From the NCBI GenBank assembly GCA_951406725.2, contig OX597815.1, forward strand, positions 39,680,001-39,744,000: DNA of 64,000 nt. The letters run 5' to 3'. This document shows positions 1-13,689 of this stretch, piece after piece. How positions within the stretch are numbered: the first letter of the stretch is position 1; every line of letters begins with the position of its first letter. The DNA comes from Octopus vulgaris (taxonomy: Eukaryota). A model generated the notes under the pieces. That model had not been told where the DNA came from. It saw nothing but the letters and a program-made list of their open reading frames with translations, and did not search any database. The position numbers were made by a program, and so were the translations under genes.

Positions 1-37
1 CTTCCTCGGTCTTTTTGTGTTTGTGTGCACATATGCT

Positions 38-100
<63 letters not shown>

Positions 101-550
101 GTACATACAGAAATAAATCTGTATTCTTTTACTGATTTCAGCCAGTGACTGTGGCCATGCTGGGGCACAACCATTAGTGTTAACGATTACTTATTTCAAA
201 CTCATTTCCCAGCTGTCTTTCCAGAATTGGTTCCAGTGAAGCAGTGAGTTGGACAAAACTGCCCTACTTTGAGCTTCTTGCTTGTTGGTACGTCTAGATT
301 CTCAAATAAAATATTGTTTAAATATTCTGTGAGCACATCCACAACTATACTTTATAGATTTCTGAGGCTTTTTGAAAACATTGGAAAGCTGTGAGCTATT
401 GAACCTTAAGCCATTACACTATTGGGCTCTTACTTTAGCTGAAGAGGGCTGGATCTTTAGTACTATGCAATGGCGCCCAGTTTGGTGGTTGGTATATTTT
501 TCTATCCCCACACTGGATATTAGGCCATCTAGGATTATCCATATATATAT

Positions 551-1200
551 CATCATCATCATCGTTTGAAGTCTGTTTCCATGCTAGCATAGGTTTGATG
601 GTTCGACTGAGGACTTGCAAGCCAGTAGGCTGCACTGGGCTCCTATCTGATCTGGCAATGTTTCTACAGCTGGATGCCCTTCTTAACACCAACCACTCCG
701 AGAGTGTAGTGGGTGCTTTTTACATACCACTGGCATGGGAGCCAGTCAGGTGGCACTAGCATTGGCCACAACTACAATTTCACTTGACTCAACAGGTCTT
801 CTCAAGCACAGCACATCACCTGCAATTCAAGGGTACTTTTAAATGGGCTGGTTATGCAACACTGGTATTGGCGACAGTAGCAATCTCACTTTAATTGCTG
901 GTTCTTCTTAGTCACAACATATCTCTAGAGGTCTCTGTCTCCTGTCATTACCTCTGTGAGGCCTAACGTTCAAAGGTCATGCTTCACCACTTCATCTCAG
1001 GTCTTCCTGTGTCTATCTCTTCCACAGATTCCTTCCACTGTTAGGGTGTTACACTTCTTCACACAGCTGTCCTCATCCATTCTCACCACATGGCCATACC
1101 AGTGCAGTCATCTCTCTTGCACACCACATCTGATGCTCTTTATATCCAACTTTTCTCTCAGGGCACTTACACCCTGTTGTGTATGCACACTGACATTACA
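551..1200 (-). mobile_element. RTE LINE 3' fragment (ORF C-terminus, 3' UTR, (GAT)n tail)
   Basis: Minus strand encodes decayed WYGHVVRMDEDSCVKKC...EGICGRDRHRKT; shared 3' end ttaagaagggcatccagctgtagaaac and (gat)n tail. Confidence 0.8.
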
Positions 1201-1470
1201 CATGCTGGTGACACATGAACAAACATTTGAGTGAGGTCATTGCCAGTGCCGCTGGACTGACTCCTGTGCAGGTGGCACATAAAAAGCACCATTTGAGCGT
1301 GGCCGTTGCCAGTACTACCTGACTGGCCCTCGTGCCGGTGGCACATAAAGGCACCCACTACATTCTTGGAGTGATTGGCGTTAGGAAGGGCATCCAGCTG
1401 TAGAAACTCTGCTAGATCAGATTGGAGTCTGGTACAGCCATCTGGTTTGCCAGACCTCAGTCAAACCATG
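1201..1470 (+). mobile_element. RTE 3' UTR fragment with three tandem units
   Basis: Similar to 20210-20490; ggtggcacataaaaagcacc units followed by the shared RTE tail. Confidence 0.75.
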
Positions 1471-1729
1471 CTAGCATGCTTAATAACTTAATAAAGATCA
1501 AGTGATCTTTATTCATGTTGGCTATAGCATCTCCAGTGATACTTTGAGCATGCTTTTTGGTCTCTCTCCTAATAACATCTAGCAGACATAGTAGTCCAGA
1601 GTCTTTAAATCAGAAGGGCTTGAATGTCAAATATTAGGGGCAACATAATCAGGAAAATTTTCAGCCATCTACTCCTGGGTTGTGCTGGCTGTGTGAGATG
1701 GTGCAGAACATGGAATGCATTCAGCCTCC

Positions 1730-2535
1730 CCTGCACAGCTGTTTCAATCCAGGCCTTTGTAACCATTTCCATTGTCTTGATGTAGGCTGCTGTATTGACC
1801 CTCTGACCTCATGGGAAAAGTAAGGAAATATGACCAAGCCCTCATTGCTCACAACTCCCAAGACCACCACAGATGATGGAAACTAGGTGTGCATAACAGT
1901 GGGGACTTTAGCAAGGCTGGCACAGACCCATCTGTCATTCTGTTCAATTTTTGATCTTGAATGAAGTTCTTTTCATCTGAGAACCAGAACATGTCAGGCT
2001 TCTTAGGGTGCTTGAGTTTGTTCAGCAAGTGCTTCAACTAGATCAAAAGGTTCTCCTGGATCTTTTCAGGAATTCACCCCTTCTCATAACATAGGGTTTG
2101 TGCCTGATGTCTTCATGCATTGCATGTGCAAATGCTGACATTAATTCACATGTTATTCGCAATGGTCCTCATTGACTTGCTTGGTTTCTCATTGATGATG
2201 TTCTGGCCTTCCTGAACAAACTCAACATTTCTGACTGTTTAAACATCAAGAATGTTTCTTTGGCCATGGAAAACACATTCCCACCAGTGGCCAGGAGTTT
2301 TTTTCTAATCTTAAACATGAAGAGCCTGACAACATTTAACAAGATTGCAAAGATTGCAATCTCAGAATCACTGTGTTTGAGAGCTAAGGTTATGAGAACG
2401 GCATGCTTTTTCATCCTGCATTACATTTGAAACTTCTATGTTTAAGCTGAAAAAAAGATAGGTTATCTAGGCAAAGTTTGAGACACCTATGGTTCTTAAG
2501 ACTTTTGTTCTCAAATAGTTAATGCACCTTGTGTA
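1730..2535 (-). pseudogene. Tc1/mariner transposase relic, probably maT/DD37D-like
   Basis: Frameshifted LLNKLKHP...FWFSDEKNFIQDQKLNR...VPTVMHT*FPSSVVVLGVVSNEG...VNTAAYI...KAWI. Terminus-like tacacaaggtgca at ~2525-2537 (minus). The DD37D spacing cannot be counted because the C-terminal part is missing. Confidence 0.7.
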
Positions 2536-2541
2536 TATCTG

Positions 2542-2572
<31 letters not shown>

Positions 2573-2790
2573 TATTGTCATGATCATCATTTAAACATCT
2601 TTCCATGCTGGCAAGGGTTGGATGGTTTGACAGGAGGTGGCATGCCAGAGGAGATTGGAAGAAATGCCCAATTAAGCAGATATATATATGTATGTATATA
2701 TATATGAATATATATGTATATATATGCATACATGTATGTATACATATATGTTTATATATATGTATGTATATATGTATGTGTGTGTGTGTG

Positions 2791-2821
<31 letters not shown>

Positions 2822-2846
2822 TATGATGCAGATAAATGCAATTAGG

Positions 2847-2915
<69 letters not shown>

Positions 2916-2935
2916 TACATATATACATATATGCA
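2535..2935. repeat. Compound (TA)n/(TG)n/(CA)n microsatellite with a small RTE-tail fragment
   Basis: Direct inspection; source of the YI/HT-rich pseudo-ORFs. Confidence 0.9.
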
Positions 2936-3394
2936 CTTATAGATATATAAACAGAAATATATATAAATACAGAAACTAAATATATTCAGAAGATAAACAC
3001 GTGTACAAACTTATAGATATTTATATATATTGACAGATAAACTTACTTGTACATGGAGTGTATAAGATACAAAAAACTAAGGGGAGAATGCATATGTGCA
3101 AAAAGTCAGGATATGCAACCAGTAGATGGATGCATAAAGACATTACCATAATACTGGCTTCCTTCATTAGGAGGGGAAATTGGCAGATAAGCAGTTCGTA
3201 TTTGGCATGAGAGATTTAAAGGTTGGATGGGAGAAGAGAAAGAGAGGAGTAAAAGGCAGAGGGAAGGAGGATGCAGGCATCTTACGAAGAAGTAGTGGAG
3301 GAGAAGCAAGAAGAGGTAAGAAATACAAGGTGTGGAGTGGAATGGGAAATGAATAGTCAGAGGATTGAATGGTATCTCTTTTGCAACTGTATCA

Positions 3395-5262
3395 GTTTAT
3401 GATGATACTGTTATGCCCATATGTATGACTTCTTGTGTAACTTGACTAACTAGCCAGATGGTAATCACGTACCCAACCTCAGTGGATATTTTGAACATCT
3501 CTGCAACTATCCCTGATGAGCTGGCAGCTTTCTCTGTCTTCATGTCCTTGATTGCCATATTTACCATGCTACTGTCAACTTGAATTGCCAGTACTTTTGT
3601 AGGGTCAGCATCAGGTGGCTCCTTTTTATCCATGCATTCTCTGTGTTCAACACTCTCTCATAATAGCACTTCCATGCCACTATCTTGTTTTCCATACTGA
3701 TGGCAAGAGTACCTTCCTCATTACAAATATACTTCTTACCAATGGCATCTTGGCTCTCACTCACACACTTTCAATCCTGAACACCTCTGATCCTCATGTT
3801 GCAAGACATGCACAAATCTCTTCTTCTCTGCTTTGCCATTAGTCAAGTATATCTGTTGCCTAGCTGCTCTTCTGACCATTTGGTAATACTCCCTACTATA
3901 ACCTTCCTTCCAAGTTTTCCAAGCCTTTACTGCCTTGTCAACTGTATCATTTTGGCTTCATCAGGACTTTGCTTCAATCACATCTCTGTTCTCTAGACTT
4001 GAGGGAGTTATTTTGTAGAAGTTTTTAGTTTTCATCTACACTACACGTATCTAAATCAACCTCCCTACAGTCAGGTGTGTCAGTTAGACTGCAGGATCTT
4101 TTAGTTTCCATATCTATCTTCTCCTTGGCATCATTTGTTTCAGTGTCTGTTTAGCTTTAACTTAGAAGTCACTCACCACTAATCTATGTTGTATATTGCA
4201 TTGTTTGCTCAGAAAGGCTTTTGACATATACAGTAGCTCTTCTGTCTTTTTTTTTTTTTTTTGCCAGATTGGTAATTGATAGGTTGTTAGCTGGATTTCT
4301 AAAGTGTGTGTTGCAAAATGTTAGATCATCTGTATTACTGAACTTCAGACACTTTATACCATCCTCATTTCTTGTACCATATCCATAGCTTCTATGCATG
4401 TTGTGAAAGCTATTAGTGTGTTGGCCATCATGACTGTTGAATTTACTATCAATCGTTGTTGAGGTAGTTTGTAGAAGGATCTCATAGAAGCAATCCTACT
4501 GTACTTCTGTTTATCTTGCCTATGCAAAGATATCTGTTGCTGTTGAGTTGCTTATAACAAGTTTCATCTTTGTTATCATGTTGCATACTTTGACTACTTT
4601 AATTACGTTTTTCATTTCTTGGCCAACAGTATGCCTACCAACCCTTATTATCACTATTACTCCTCCAGAAAAATTTGTGTCACTATCAAAATCGAAATTG
4701 ATCAACATCAATGGAAATTGCAGCTGTGATACCAGTGCCGGTGGTACATAAGAGAACCATCCGAATGTGGCTTTTGCCAGCGCCGCCCCGACTGGCCTTG
4801 TGCCGGTGGCACGTACAAAGCACCATCCGATCGTGGCCATTGCCAGCCTCGCCTGGCCCCCGTGCCAGTGACATGTAAAAAACACCATCCGATCGTGGCC
4901 GTTTGCCAGCCTCATCTGGCACTTGTGCTGGTGACACGTAAAAAACACCCACTGCACTCACAGAGTGGTTGGCGTTAGGAAGGGCATCCAGCTGTAGAAA
5001 CATTGCCAGATCAGACTGGGCCTGGTGCAGCCTTCTGGCTTGCCAGACCCCAGTTGAACTGTCCAACCCATGCTAGCATGGAAAGCGGACGCTAAACGAT
5101 GATGATGATGATCTCTTACCTGAGAAGAGTTTGCGTAAGGATCCTTTCTATCTTGCCTCTTGCTCACTGTATACATTCACTTGTCTCTGCTCCAGCATTT
5201 CTGAAATCTCACCAGATCTATCTTTCATCATGCTAACGTTTGTGGTTGCAGCCCCTAAGGTT
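3395..5262 (-). mobile_element. Old RTE LINE relic (endonuclease to RT N-terminus), interrupted at ~4686-5112
   Basis: AIKDMKTEKAASSSGIVAEM, AWKCYYERVLNTENAW, GYGTRNEDG...FCNTHF, NVSMMKDRSGEISEMLEQRQV; many stops and frameshifts. Confidence 0.75.
4686..5112 (+). mobile_element. Younger RTE 3' UTR-only insertion with four ~60-nt tandem units
   Basis: Closely similar to 27015-27382; ends cggacgctaaac(gat)n; lies opposite to the host relic. Confidence 0.8.
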
Positions 5263-6039
5263 TGGGATCCACAGAAAGAAAAGGTGTATCTTTGATGGGA
5301 AGGCTGTTTGATGGTTGTTCCATTACTGTATGAACAATCTACACCTGAGGGGAATAAGAATGGTTGCACCATGGTTTGACAGCTCCTTGCAGATTTACAC
5401 ACATTATTATATGTGTCCTTGCATTCATTTTATCATCATTCATCTATTCTTCACACTTATAGCATCTACCTCAAAAGCTATTATTGATAAATAAATAATA
5501 ACTAATAAGTATTCCTAATTTTGTTAACATTTCTGCTGTCGTGGGTGTTTGCTTTGCCTTTTTATTACTGCCATTGATAGTATACTGATATAGATGAGGA
5601 GGCTAGGAAGGGACAGAAGAAAGATTTCTGGTATAAGTATGGGTGCATCACGAGCAAATGAGCTGCAAATTTTCACAAGAGAAATGAAAAATTCAAATTT
5701 CCATGAGAGAAATTAACATTGATATTAAGTGAACAGCAAGCGACTACACTCACATGGGAGGAAGAAATATCAATCTGCAGACAGACCAAATTAGTGTTTC
5801 AAAATTTCATAAAAGGGATGGAATGTTCAAATTTTCATGAGATGAAATGAGGATATATATTAGCATTGTACCTTGTTTAGCAAGTGATATGATCTGTTGC
5901 CATGTGTTGAAACTGAAGCAATTACATCATGGAAGAGCCATTTTAGCCATTTAAAATACACAAAAACCCTGTTAAATTTACTTTTCAATTATTCCATAAG
6001 GTGTCAAAATTTTTTTTTTTATTTTGTTTTTTGTTTTTC

Positions 6040-6520
6040 AGATATTCACAGCATTAGAACCATGGTTGTACATGCAGTTGGTGTCAGTCTTAAAGCCACT
6101 TTAAAGAACTACATATTTAAATTTGACAAGAAACTTTATAAAGAAATGAAAGGTGGTGTGATCGGAGTTGCAATTGCCAGAGGTGTCACCAACCTTTGTA
6201 TGGTGTGGTGGATAGGCAATTTAGACAGTAATTTCCTAGCTGTATTGTTAATCTACCACTGTTCTCTTGATATGTTTATGGAATTAAACTTTTTAAAATG
6301 ACTCTTCATACTGACAACCATGTGAATGAAAAAAACACATGTACTATACATGGCATAAGAAATTTTATTCTTAATAAAATAAAGTCACTATTGACTGTCC
6401 CTGTGTGCATCTCAATAAAATTTTAACTCTTCTGGACACTAAGTTAAGGATAGAAAATATCATTTTCAGATGAACACTCAAAATATGCATTCTCTACCCA
6501 CATTATGGAAAACTCATGGA
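6040..6520 (+). pseudogene. Penelope-like element reverse transcriptase relic
   Basis: LKNYIFKFDKKLYKEMKGGVIGVAIARGVTNLCMVWW resembles PLE RT N-x-Y-x-F-x-x-K-x-Y-x-Q-x-x-GG-x-IG...M-x-WW; a downstream LLDTKLRI resembles the PLE LD-x-K motif. Confidence 0.55.
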
Positions 6521-7099
6521 AAATCCTTCAGTAATCAGAAAAAACTCTAATTTGTTGTAAAACCACCAAAATGAACAATTTTTGATAGATTCATTAAATT
6601 TATCACCTGTAAGTTCTTCACCCTTGACAATGACACCTGTAAAAATGATTACAATATATATGATACAAAATTACATTCAACTACAAAGGGACTTCTAGGA
6701 TATGCTGTATTTTTTAATACAGGGTATCATAAAGTCTCATGAAGGAACACATGGTAACCTCCCTCAAACATACATAGAAGAGAAAGTTCATAATATTAAT
6801 GAGAATTGGAGAGCAGTAAGACTGCTATAATAAAAAGGATGCTTCTTCTATTATTTACCAATATGCTTCAGATAAACATAATGGTTTTGTTGAAAGATAG
6901 CATTTTTATATATCCTTGTAATATAGCACTAAGACATGTAACTGAATCAATAAGCATATGAGAATACAAGTCAGTCTTAACTGTAAGTTGAATGGAGTAA
7001 CACCAATCAATGTGCCACACATGTCATATATATTTCCTCACCTCTCATAGATTAGTTTTATGTATATTTAAATTTATACTTGCAGGTGTGTATATAAGC

Positions 7100-7144
<45 letters not shown>

Positions 7145-7154
7145 AAATAATAAA

Positions 7155-7392
7155 TGTGCCCTTTTAAAGCCTAGCCAGGCTCATGGGCCTGGTTTCCCAG
7201 TTTCAATGGTGTATGTGTTCCCCAGCTGCACGGGATGCCAGTCCATCACAGCATTACTCATTTTTGCCAGCTGAGTGGACAGGAACAACATGAAATGAAG
7301 TGTTTTGCTCAAGAACACAACGCGTCGCCCGGTCCACAAATCGAAACCACAATCTTACGATCATAATGCTGACACCCTAACCACACGCATCC
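7155..7392 (-). mobile_element. tRNA-derived SINE
   Basis: Minus-strand tRNA-like head (gtggttagggtgt...gtggtttcgatt) followed by gttcttgagcaaaacacttcatttca, shared with 36136-36469. Confidence 0.65.
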
Positions 7393-8524
7393 ATATATAT
7401 ATATATATGTATATATATGGAGAAGGCTAGCCACTAGATTTGGTTAAAATGAGACAATGAGCGATGGCTAGAAGAATATTGAGCTTTATTTGATAACCAG
7501 CTCATATCGGTGGGGTGGGGGCTGATGTGCATTGATGCCATCGAGAGGTAGGCCCTGAAACGGCATTCATTCCCTCCTGATGACCCCATACACTTGCTGG
7601 CTTCCGGTATGCAGAGGGTTTTTGACTGGTAGCACTTGCATGCACAAGTTGTTTGCAAGACATATATATATAAGCATAAGGTTATACAGATAGGAACCAC
7701 ATAAGTTCATCAAAATTCTTTTTAGACAGGCATATTACCCACCTTTTCTTAAACATTTTTAAAATAAAATTTAATCCATAGAGCAACTCCCTAATTTCTG
7801 TAGAAGTGAGCAACGAAAAAGAAATATACGAAAATAATGAATAATACGACACAAAAATGTATTGGTAAAATCATCAAAATAAAAGAAAGAAGACAAAAGG
7901 GAGAAAAAAAGGAGGAATTACAAAAGAAGAGTACCTGGAAGTGACTAATGATAACCAATATCAAGGGGTCAAGGTCAACAACAGAACCATAAATCACTTC
8001 ATCAAAACGAAAAAACTAAAACAAATTCTAAGGCATATAACAGCTTGCCATTAACTAAATTTTACACAGTTGCAGTTGCACTCTCTCAAAAATCAGGTAA
8101 CAGTTGTGCAATAAAAATTTTGACACCTCAAGAAATAAATGGAAAGTGAATTTAACAGTTTTTTTGTGTATTTCTAAATGTCTAAAATACAGTTTTCATG
8201 ATGTAGTTGTTATACTAATTTTCTCTCTCATTCTATATATATATACATACACATACATACACATATATATATATTTATTTATTTATTTATATGCATATAT
8301 ATACATATATATATGTGTGTGTGTGTGAATGTATATATTTATGCACGTGTGTGTATATGTATGTATATATATTTATATATATATATCAACAAATGTGTTC
8401 AGTGCTACTTTATTTTGCTTGTTCACCCACTAGTGTGTGTAATGTATGTATATGTATGCATATATATACATACACGTTATTTTGTATACCTATATAATAT
8501 ATACATATAACTATATATGTTATT

Positions 8525-9430
8525 ATCATCACACCACTATCATATTAACGCTCATTCCCATACTGGCATGAGTTGGATTCTTTGACAGAATCCAGTGAAC
8601 CAGAAGACTAAACAGAGTTTAATGCCAACCACTTTACTGAGTAATTATTTTGTTATGACACCAGCACTTGTGAGGGTCCCAAGTAACCTGAAAAGCAAAG
8701 AAAAAGTAAGAAGCCCTTTTAAACAAGCACAGTTGAAATTTAGGTTGGGGGTGGCTCTATGCCAGGTGTTAAAAGGCTAAAGTTTCATAGAGGGACAGTT
8801 ACTGGTATCTTGCTATAGATGAGTACATTGCTACATAGCCTTATATAGAAGTGGATGGGGGTAGCTGGAAAGGAGATGAAGATATTGGTGACAAGATATT
8901 AAAGCATACGCTCAAGGTACAAAATGAGTATACGAGTGAACATAGATTAAGGATGGAGATGGGTAAGTGGAAAGTGCATAGGAGTGTGAGAGGAAAATGA
9001 TAGGTGGTTAGAGATGTGGGTGAGGTAATATACCAGGGTGGAGGGCTGGTTGAGCATGGAGGGGGAAAGTAAAAAAAATAGCTCTGGAAAGAGGAGGCGA
9101 TAGGTGGCAATTCAGGAAGGATGGGGAGCAGCAATAATAAACATGTAGCTAGATCAGAAAATAAGAGGATGATGTGCAGGGTGGGAGAGTGGGAGAAATA
9201 AAGAGAGCAATAGATGTACAGAGATAGATATAAAGATCACAAATTCGTGCTGGTACCTGCAGTGAGCAGGGCATCAGTGGTGAGAGGATGTTGAAAATGA
9301 TAGCAAGTATGAGAGAACATTGAAGATGAAGTTCAGGGGAGAAGAGATACCTGGTAATCAGTGGAAAATAAAGTGAGAAGAGATGCTTTGAGAATGAGGG
9401 TTGGAAAGTGGTTCCAGGGAGATGGGGAGG
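8525..9430 (-). mobile_element. Interspersed repeat with pyrimidine-rich body and RTE-like tail
   Basis: Reverse-complement similarity to 34540-35462 (e.g. tctcccaccctgcacatcatc). Confidence 0.55.
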
Positions 9431-10131
9431 CAATTAATAGCACAAAGGAGATGAAATATGTGCAGATTTTGTTGTCATGTGAAGTGCCATAGTAAGAAAA
9501 AAGATGGGATGGATATTACAAAGATGAGAGGTGGAAAAAAGCTCTGATTAAATGCATCTTAAGATGCTGAACCTTATCAGGATGACAAAGGACCAAGGTG
9601 ACTGGCAATTTGCTGTGCTCAAGAAAACCTGTCCATAACAGCAGAAATGACATCCTAAAACCACCCTGATTTTGCTTGGCCCTCTTCTCTCTCAGCCCTA
9701 ATTACCTCGCACCCCAACCCCCAAACATATCTCATTACTATCCCTGCCTACATTAAGTATCCCCAGCACTGCATGATAAGACAAATAACAACTTTAAGTC
9801 CTTGAAAATCATGTCTGTTAATTAAGGAGCATCCTACACTGAACAATAGCAAAAGGAATTAAATGACCAGTAACACTATCCTGCAGTTTGAGTAAATTCA
9901 AATTGCAGGATCTTGAGGCTAAAATTCTTTAAAAACTGGAGGATCTTGATGCTCTGTACATGAGAAAGTTCAGAGATAATCATACCTGCAGTCTGTAATT
10001 GCATCATCAAAATAGACTGATAGAATAAGTTCTAGACCTTAAAAAAAAAAGAAGAAAATATTAGGTTTGATGCATTTGATTAAAAATTCAAGGTAGTGCT
10101 CCAGCATGGCTGCAGTCTAATGCAGACTTAA

Positions 10132-10351
10132 CCCTTTAGCATTTAAACCAGCCATATCTGACCAAAATAATCTACCTATTTTGTGTTCAAACCAACCAGA
10201 TCCAACCTCTTACACCTATCCCACAATGTCATTCTAAAAATGAACAATCACAACATCACAATCTTGAATCTATGAGATAATGCACAATGAATTCAAAACA
10301 ATGTGAATAAATAAGCATTACATTTGACAGAATAATTTGAATGCTAAAGGC
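10132..10351. mobile_element. piggyBac-like MITE (family A) nested in a SINE tail
   Basis: TTAA|ccctttagcatt...aatgctaaaggc|TTAA; splits the SINE end ctccagcatggc...gac/acaagtaaaaga. Confidence 0.8.
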
Positions 10352-11174
10352 TTAAACAAGTAAAAGATAAAAGATTTATATATCTTTTGCCATGCTTGAT
10401 CACTAAATCCACAAGTTTTTTCTATTTTCTCTTATTCTTTTCTGTTGGAGAGCATAGGCTTGAAACATAAAAGACTTTCTCACTTTCCCAAGCATCAAAC
10501 TAATACACTTGCTTGTTGTTCATACACCTGTCTTCGTCTTTTGTTTTTCTGTAAATTTCAACTATATATATATTACACACACACATTTATCTCTCTGTGT
10601 GTATATATTCATTTAGAGAATTAATGTACAGAGATTGAAGAATAAGTCTACAGTAATTAAGAGCTCAATTAATTACAGGTGGTAAAGCTCCAAAACATTA
10701 TTACATTGCAGTTAATCCAAGTTGGATTGACTTACATGTATATACATAATCATCTAAAATACTCTTTAAGAGCGACGTACTTAGTAAAGTAGAGAAGTAT
10801 AAATTTCACTTTTACTTTATACTTTAATGGTGTTTAACTCTTGTTCCATTAAGATAAACACCACCAAATGTATGAATACATAACTATGGTACATAATTAA
10901 GTCAAATTAATTTGAAAATGGGGTTTACCCAAACCATCAGGAATGGTCTGTTATGTTAATCATAAAACCATTACTTGTTTTAATTCATTGTGACAGGGAG
11001 CATGTGGCAGATGTTCAGGAGCAATAAACACTAAGAACACACAGGATATAAATGTTTTCACATTTAGTGATTGGCACTTCTTTATGCAGCTGTTCTCCTT
11101 TCTTTCTCTGGATAATTTATTATTTGATATTATATAGCATAGTTGGGGCTATTGTCGATGTCACGTAACAGGGT

Positions 11175-11592
11175 CCCATGCTGGTGGCATGTAAAAAGCA
11201 CCTTTCAAGCGTTGGACTTCATGGAGGCAATGTAGTTGATGCTGGTGTCAAGGAAGTAACAACCACGGTGCTGAGACTCATGGAGGCAATGACAAATAAC
11301 AGTGACTTTTGGCAATATGATGTGCTTGAGAAGGAAAATCCATGAAGCCAAGTGAAATTGCAGTCATGGCAGATACTGGTGCCACACAACTGGCACCCAT
11401 ACCGGTGGAACTTGAAAGCACCCATTACTCTCAGAGTGGTTGGTGTTAGGAAGGGCATCCATCCATAGAAATCATGCCAAATCAGACTGGAATCTAGTGC
11501 AGCCCCTTAGCTTACCAGCCCTTGTCAAACCGTTCAACCCATGCCAGCATGGACAATGGACGTTAAATGATGATGATGATGATGATGATGAT
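11175..11592 (+). mobile_element. RTE 3' UTR fragment
   Basis: Shared tail gtggttggtgttaggaagggcatcc...ggacgttaaa(tga)n. Confidence 0.7.
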
Positions 11593-12010
11593 ATTATGTC
11601 CTGGGTATGACATTAAACTGCATCCTGTGGGAAGGTTTCAGTTTGAGAGTTCTGGACCTGTGGGGAGCATGGAATCACTTTATTACCATTACTTCCTTAT
11701 CTGATCTGATCCAAAATGGTAGTACATGTCAGGGTCAAACAGATTTACCAGGAGTGTAGAAAGTTGCTTTTATTTTTGACAAAACCATGGTCAAGGAACC
11801 TCTTCTAGGAGAAAGATACTCTGCCATAAAACTAGTACCAGTCATCTTGTAATGTTTGTCATTGGAACTTTGTACTATATTTCTGCCACTCTCATGGTGA
11901 CTGAGAGAGTGGCAAAAATGTACAAGCTTTGTCACTTAAATCCAATGATGTAAAGATACTTGCTATATTGTGAGATATCTATTAGTGGACAAGATGAGGC
12001 AATCATCATC

Positions 12011-12041
<31 letters not shown>

Positions 12042-12555
12042 GCGAGAGAGAGAGAGAGAGAGAAACATATATGTATGTATAGACAATAAATTAAATAGAG
12101 AGATACACTTGACAATCCAATAATTTATATTATAACATAATATACTATGAATATAATATAATATAATTATAATATAAGATAAAATAAACAACCAAAAAAG
12201 CCAACAATATGTTTTGACCCATATACATTTTTTGATATGTTATCTTATATGATATATATTATATTTATGCTATCTTATATTATATTATATCATACTCATG
12301 TTATATTATAATATAAATAAATTATGGGATTGTCAATTGTATCTTTCTATTTAATAATTTATTGTTTGTAATTTGAATTATACCCACATTTATGTGGTAT
12401 TCAACTGATGCACCAGTAAATTGAATGTTTTACACACCTCTTTGAAGGAATTTTTTTCCTTAGTTTGTGTGTGTGTATACATACCCAAGGTGCAGTGAAT
12501 AATAAACTGTCATCTAAATTACACAAAAATGAAAATAACACTGACATCTCATTTT

Positions 12556-13512
12556 AAGTAGTTCGCAAGGTTTCGAGCTGGAGATTGTAGCCTTATTGAT
12601 AAAGAGCGATCAGGCAGACCATCCACTAAAGATGATGACCAAATCAAGTCATTAATTGAGAATAACCCACATTGCACAACCCGAGAATTGGCAGAAAGCT
12701 TCAACCTATCAAAATCCGTCATTCATGAGCACCTGGTACAGCTTAGGTACACAAATCGCTATGATGTTTGGGTACCACATGAGTTGAGTGAGAAGAACCT
12801 TTTGGATTGCATTTCCATCTGTAATTCATTTTATAAACGGAGTGAAAACACACTTTTTTTAAAGAAAATTGTGACAGGTGATAAGAAATGGATTATCTAC
12901 TGAAATGTTCAGAGAAAGCGATCTTGGAGTAAGCGACATGAGCCACCCTTAGCCACCCCAATAGTGGGTCTTCACCTTAAAAAAGTCTTGCTTTGTATCT
13001 GGTGGGATTGGAAAGGAATTCAGTACTATGAGCTTCTCCCAAGTAACCAGACAATACTGCACACAACTGGATGAGTTAAAAGCAGCAATTCAAGAGAAAT
13101 GTCCAGAAATGGCCAACAGGAAGGGTGTTGTTTTCCAACATAATAATGCAAGACCGCATGTTTCTTTGGGAACCAGACAAAAATTGCTGCAGCTCGGCTG
13201 GGATGTGTTACCCCACCCTCCATATTCACCAGATATTGCTCCTTTGGATTTCCACTTATTCAGGTCTCTGCAGAATAGTCTTAATGGTAAAAATTTCAAT
13301 TCATTGGGTGACGTAAAAAGATACCTTGATGAATTCTTTGCCATGAAACCACCTCAATTCTGGGAAGAGGGTATTTTCAAGTTAAAGGAAAGATGGAGAC
13401 ACATTGTGCAACAAAATGGTTCATATTTGCTTGATTAAAAATATAATGGCAAGTATTTATTGACTTTTTCTTTCCTTTAAAAATCGGCATGAACTTTGCG
13501 GACAACTCAATA
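12556..13512 (+). pseudogene. mariner (DD34D) transposase relic, 5'-truncated, with right TIR
   Basis: ERSGRP, WVPHEL, IVTGDKKW, CIWWDWKG, FQHNNARPH, PHPPYSPDIAPLDFHLF. There are 34 residues between the second catalytic position (mutated D to N) and the third D. In-frame stops and a frameshift near 13050. TIR-like aactttgcggacaactcaa followed by TA at 13511. Confidence 0.9.
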
Positions 13513-13689
13513 TATATATATAAAAGTAGACATTCTTGAAGTTGTTGACATTAAGAAGGGTATCCAGCTGTAGAAACCATGCCAAATCAGATTAGTGGTT
13601 TACCAGCTTTTCTTGTAAGCTGTTTGAGGTAGGGCAATTGTTTTGGCCACTGTTTTTCCTGGCACAAAACAGAATTTCCTGAAATGAAG

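Noticed and set aside
213-249. Possible micro-exon (ctttccag|...gca|gtgagt); similar isolated acceptors at ~40044 and ~48480
   Set aside because: No homology or frame support; such sites are frequent by chance in AT-rich DNA.
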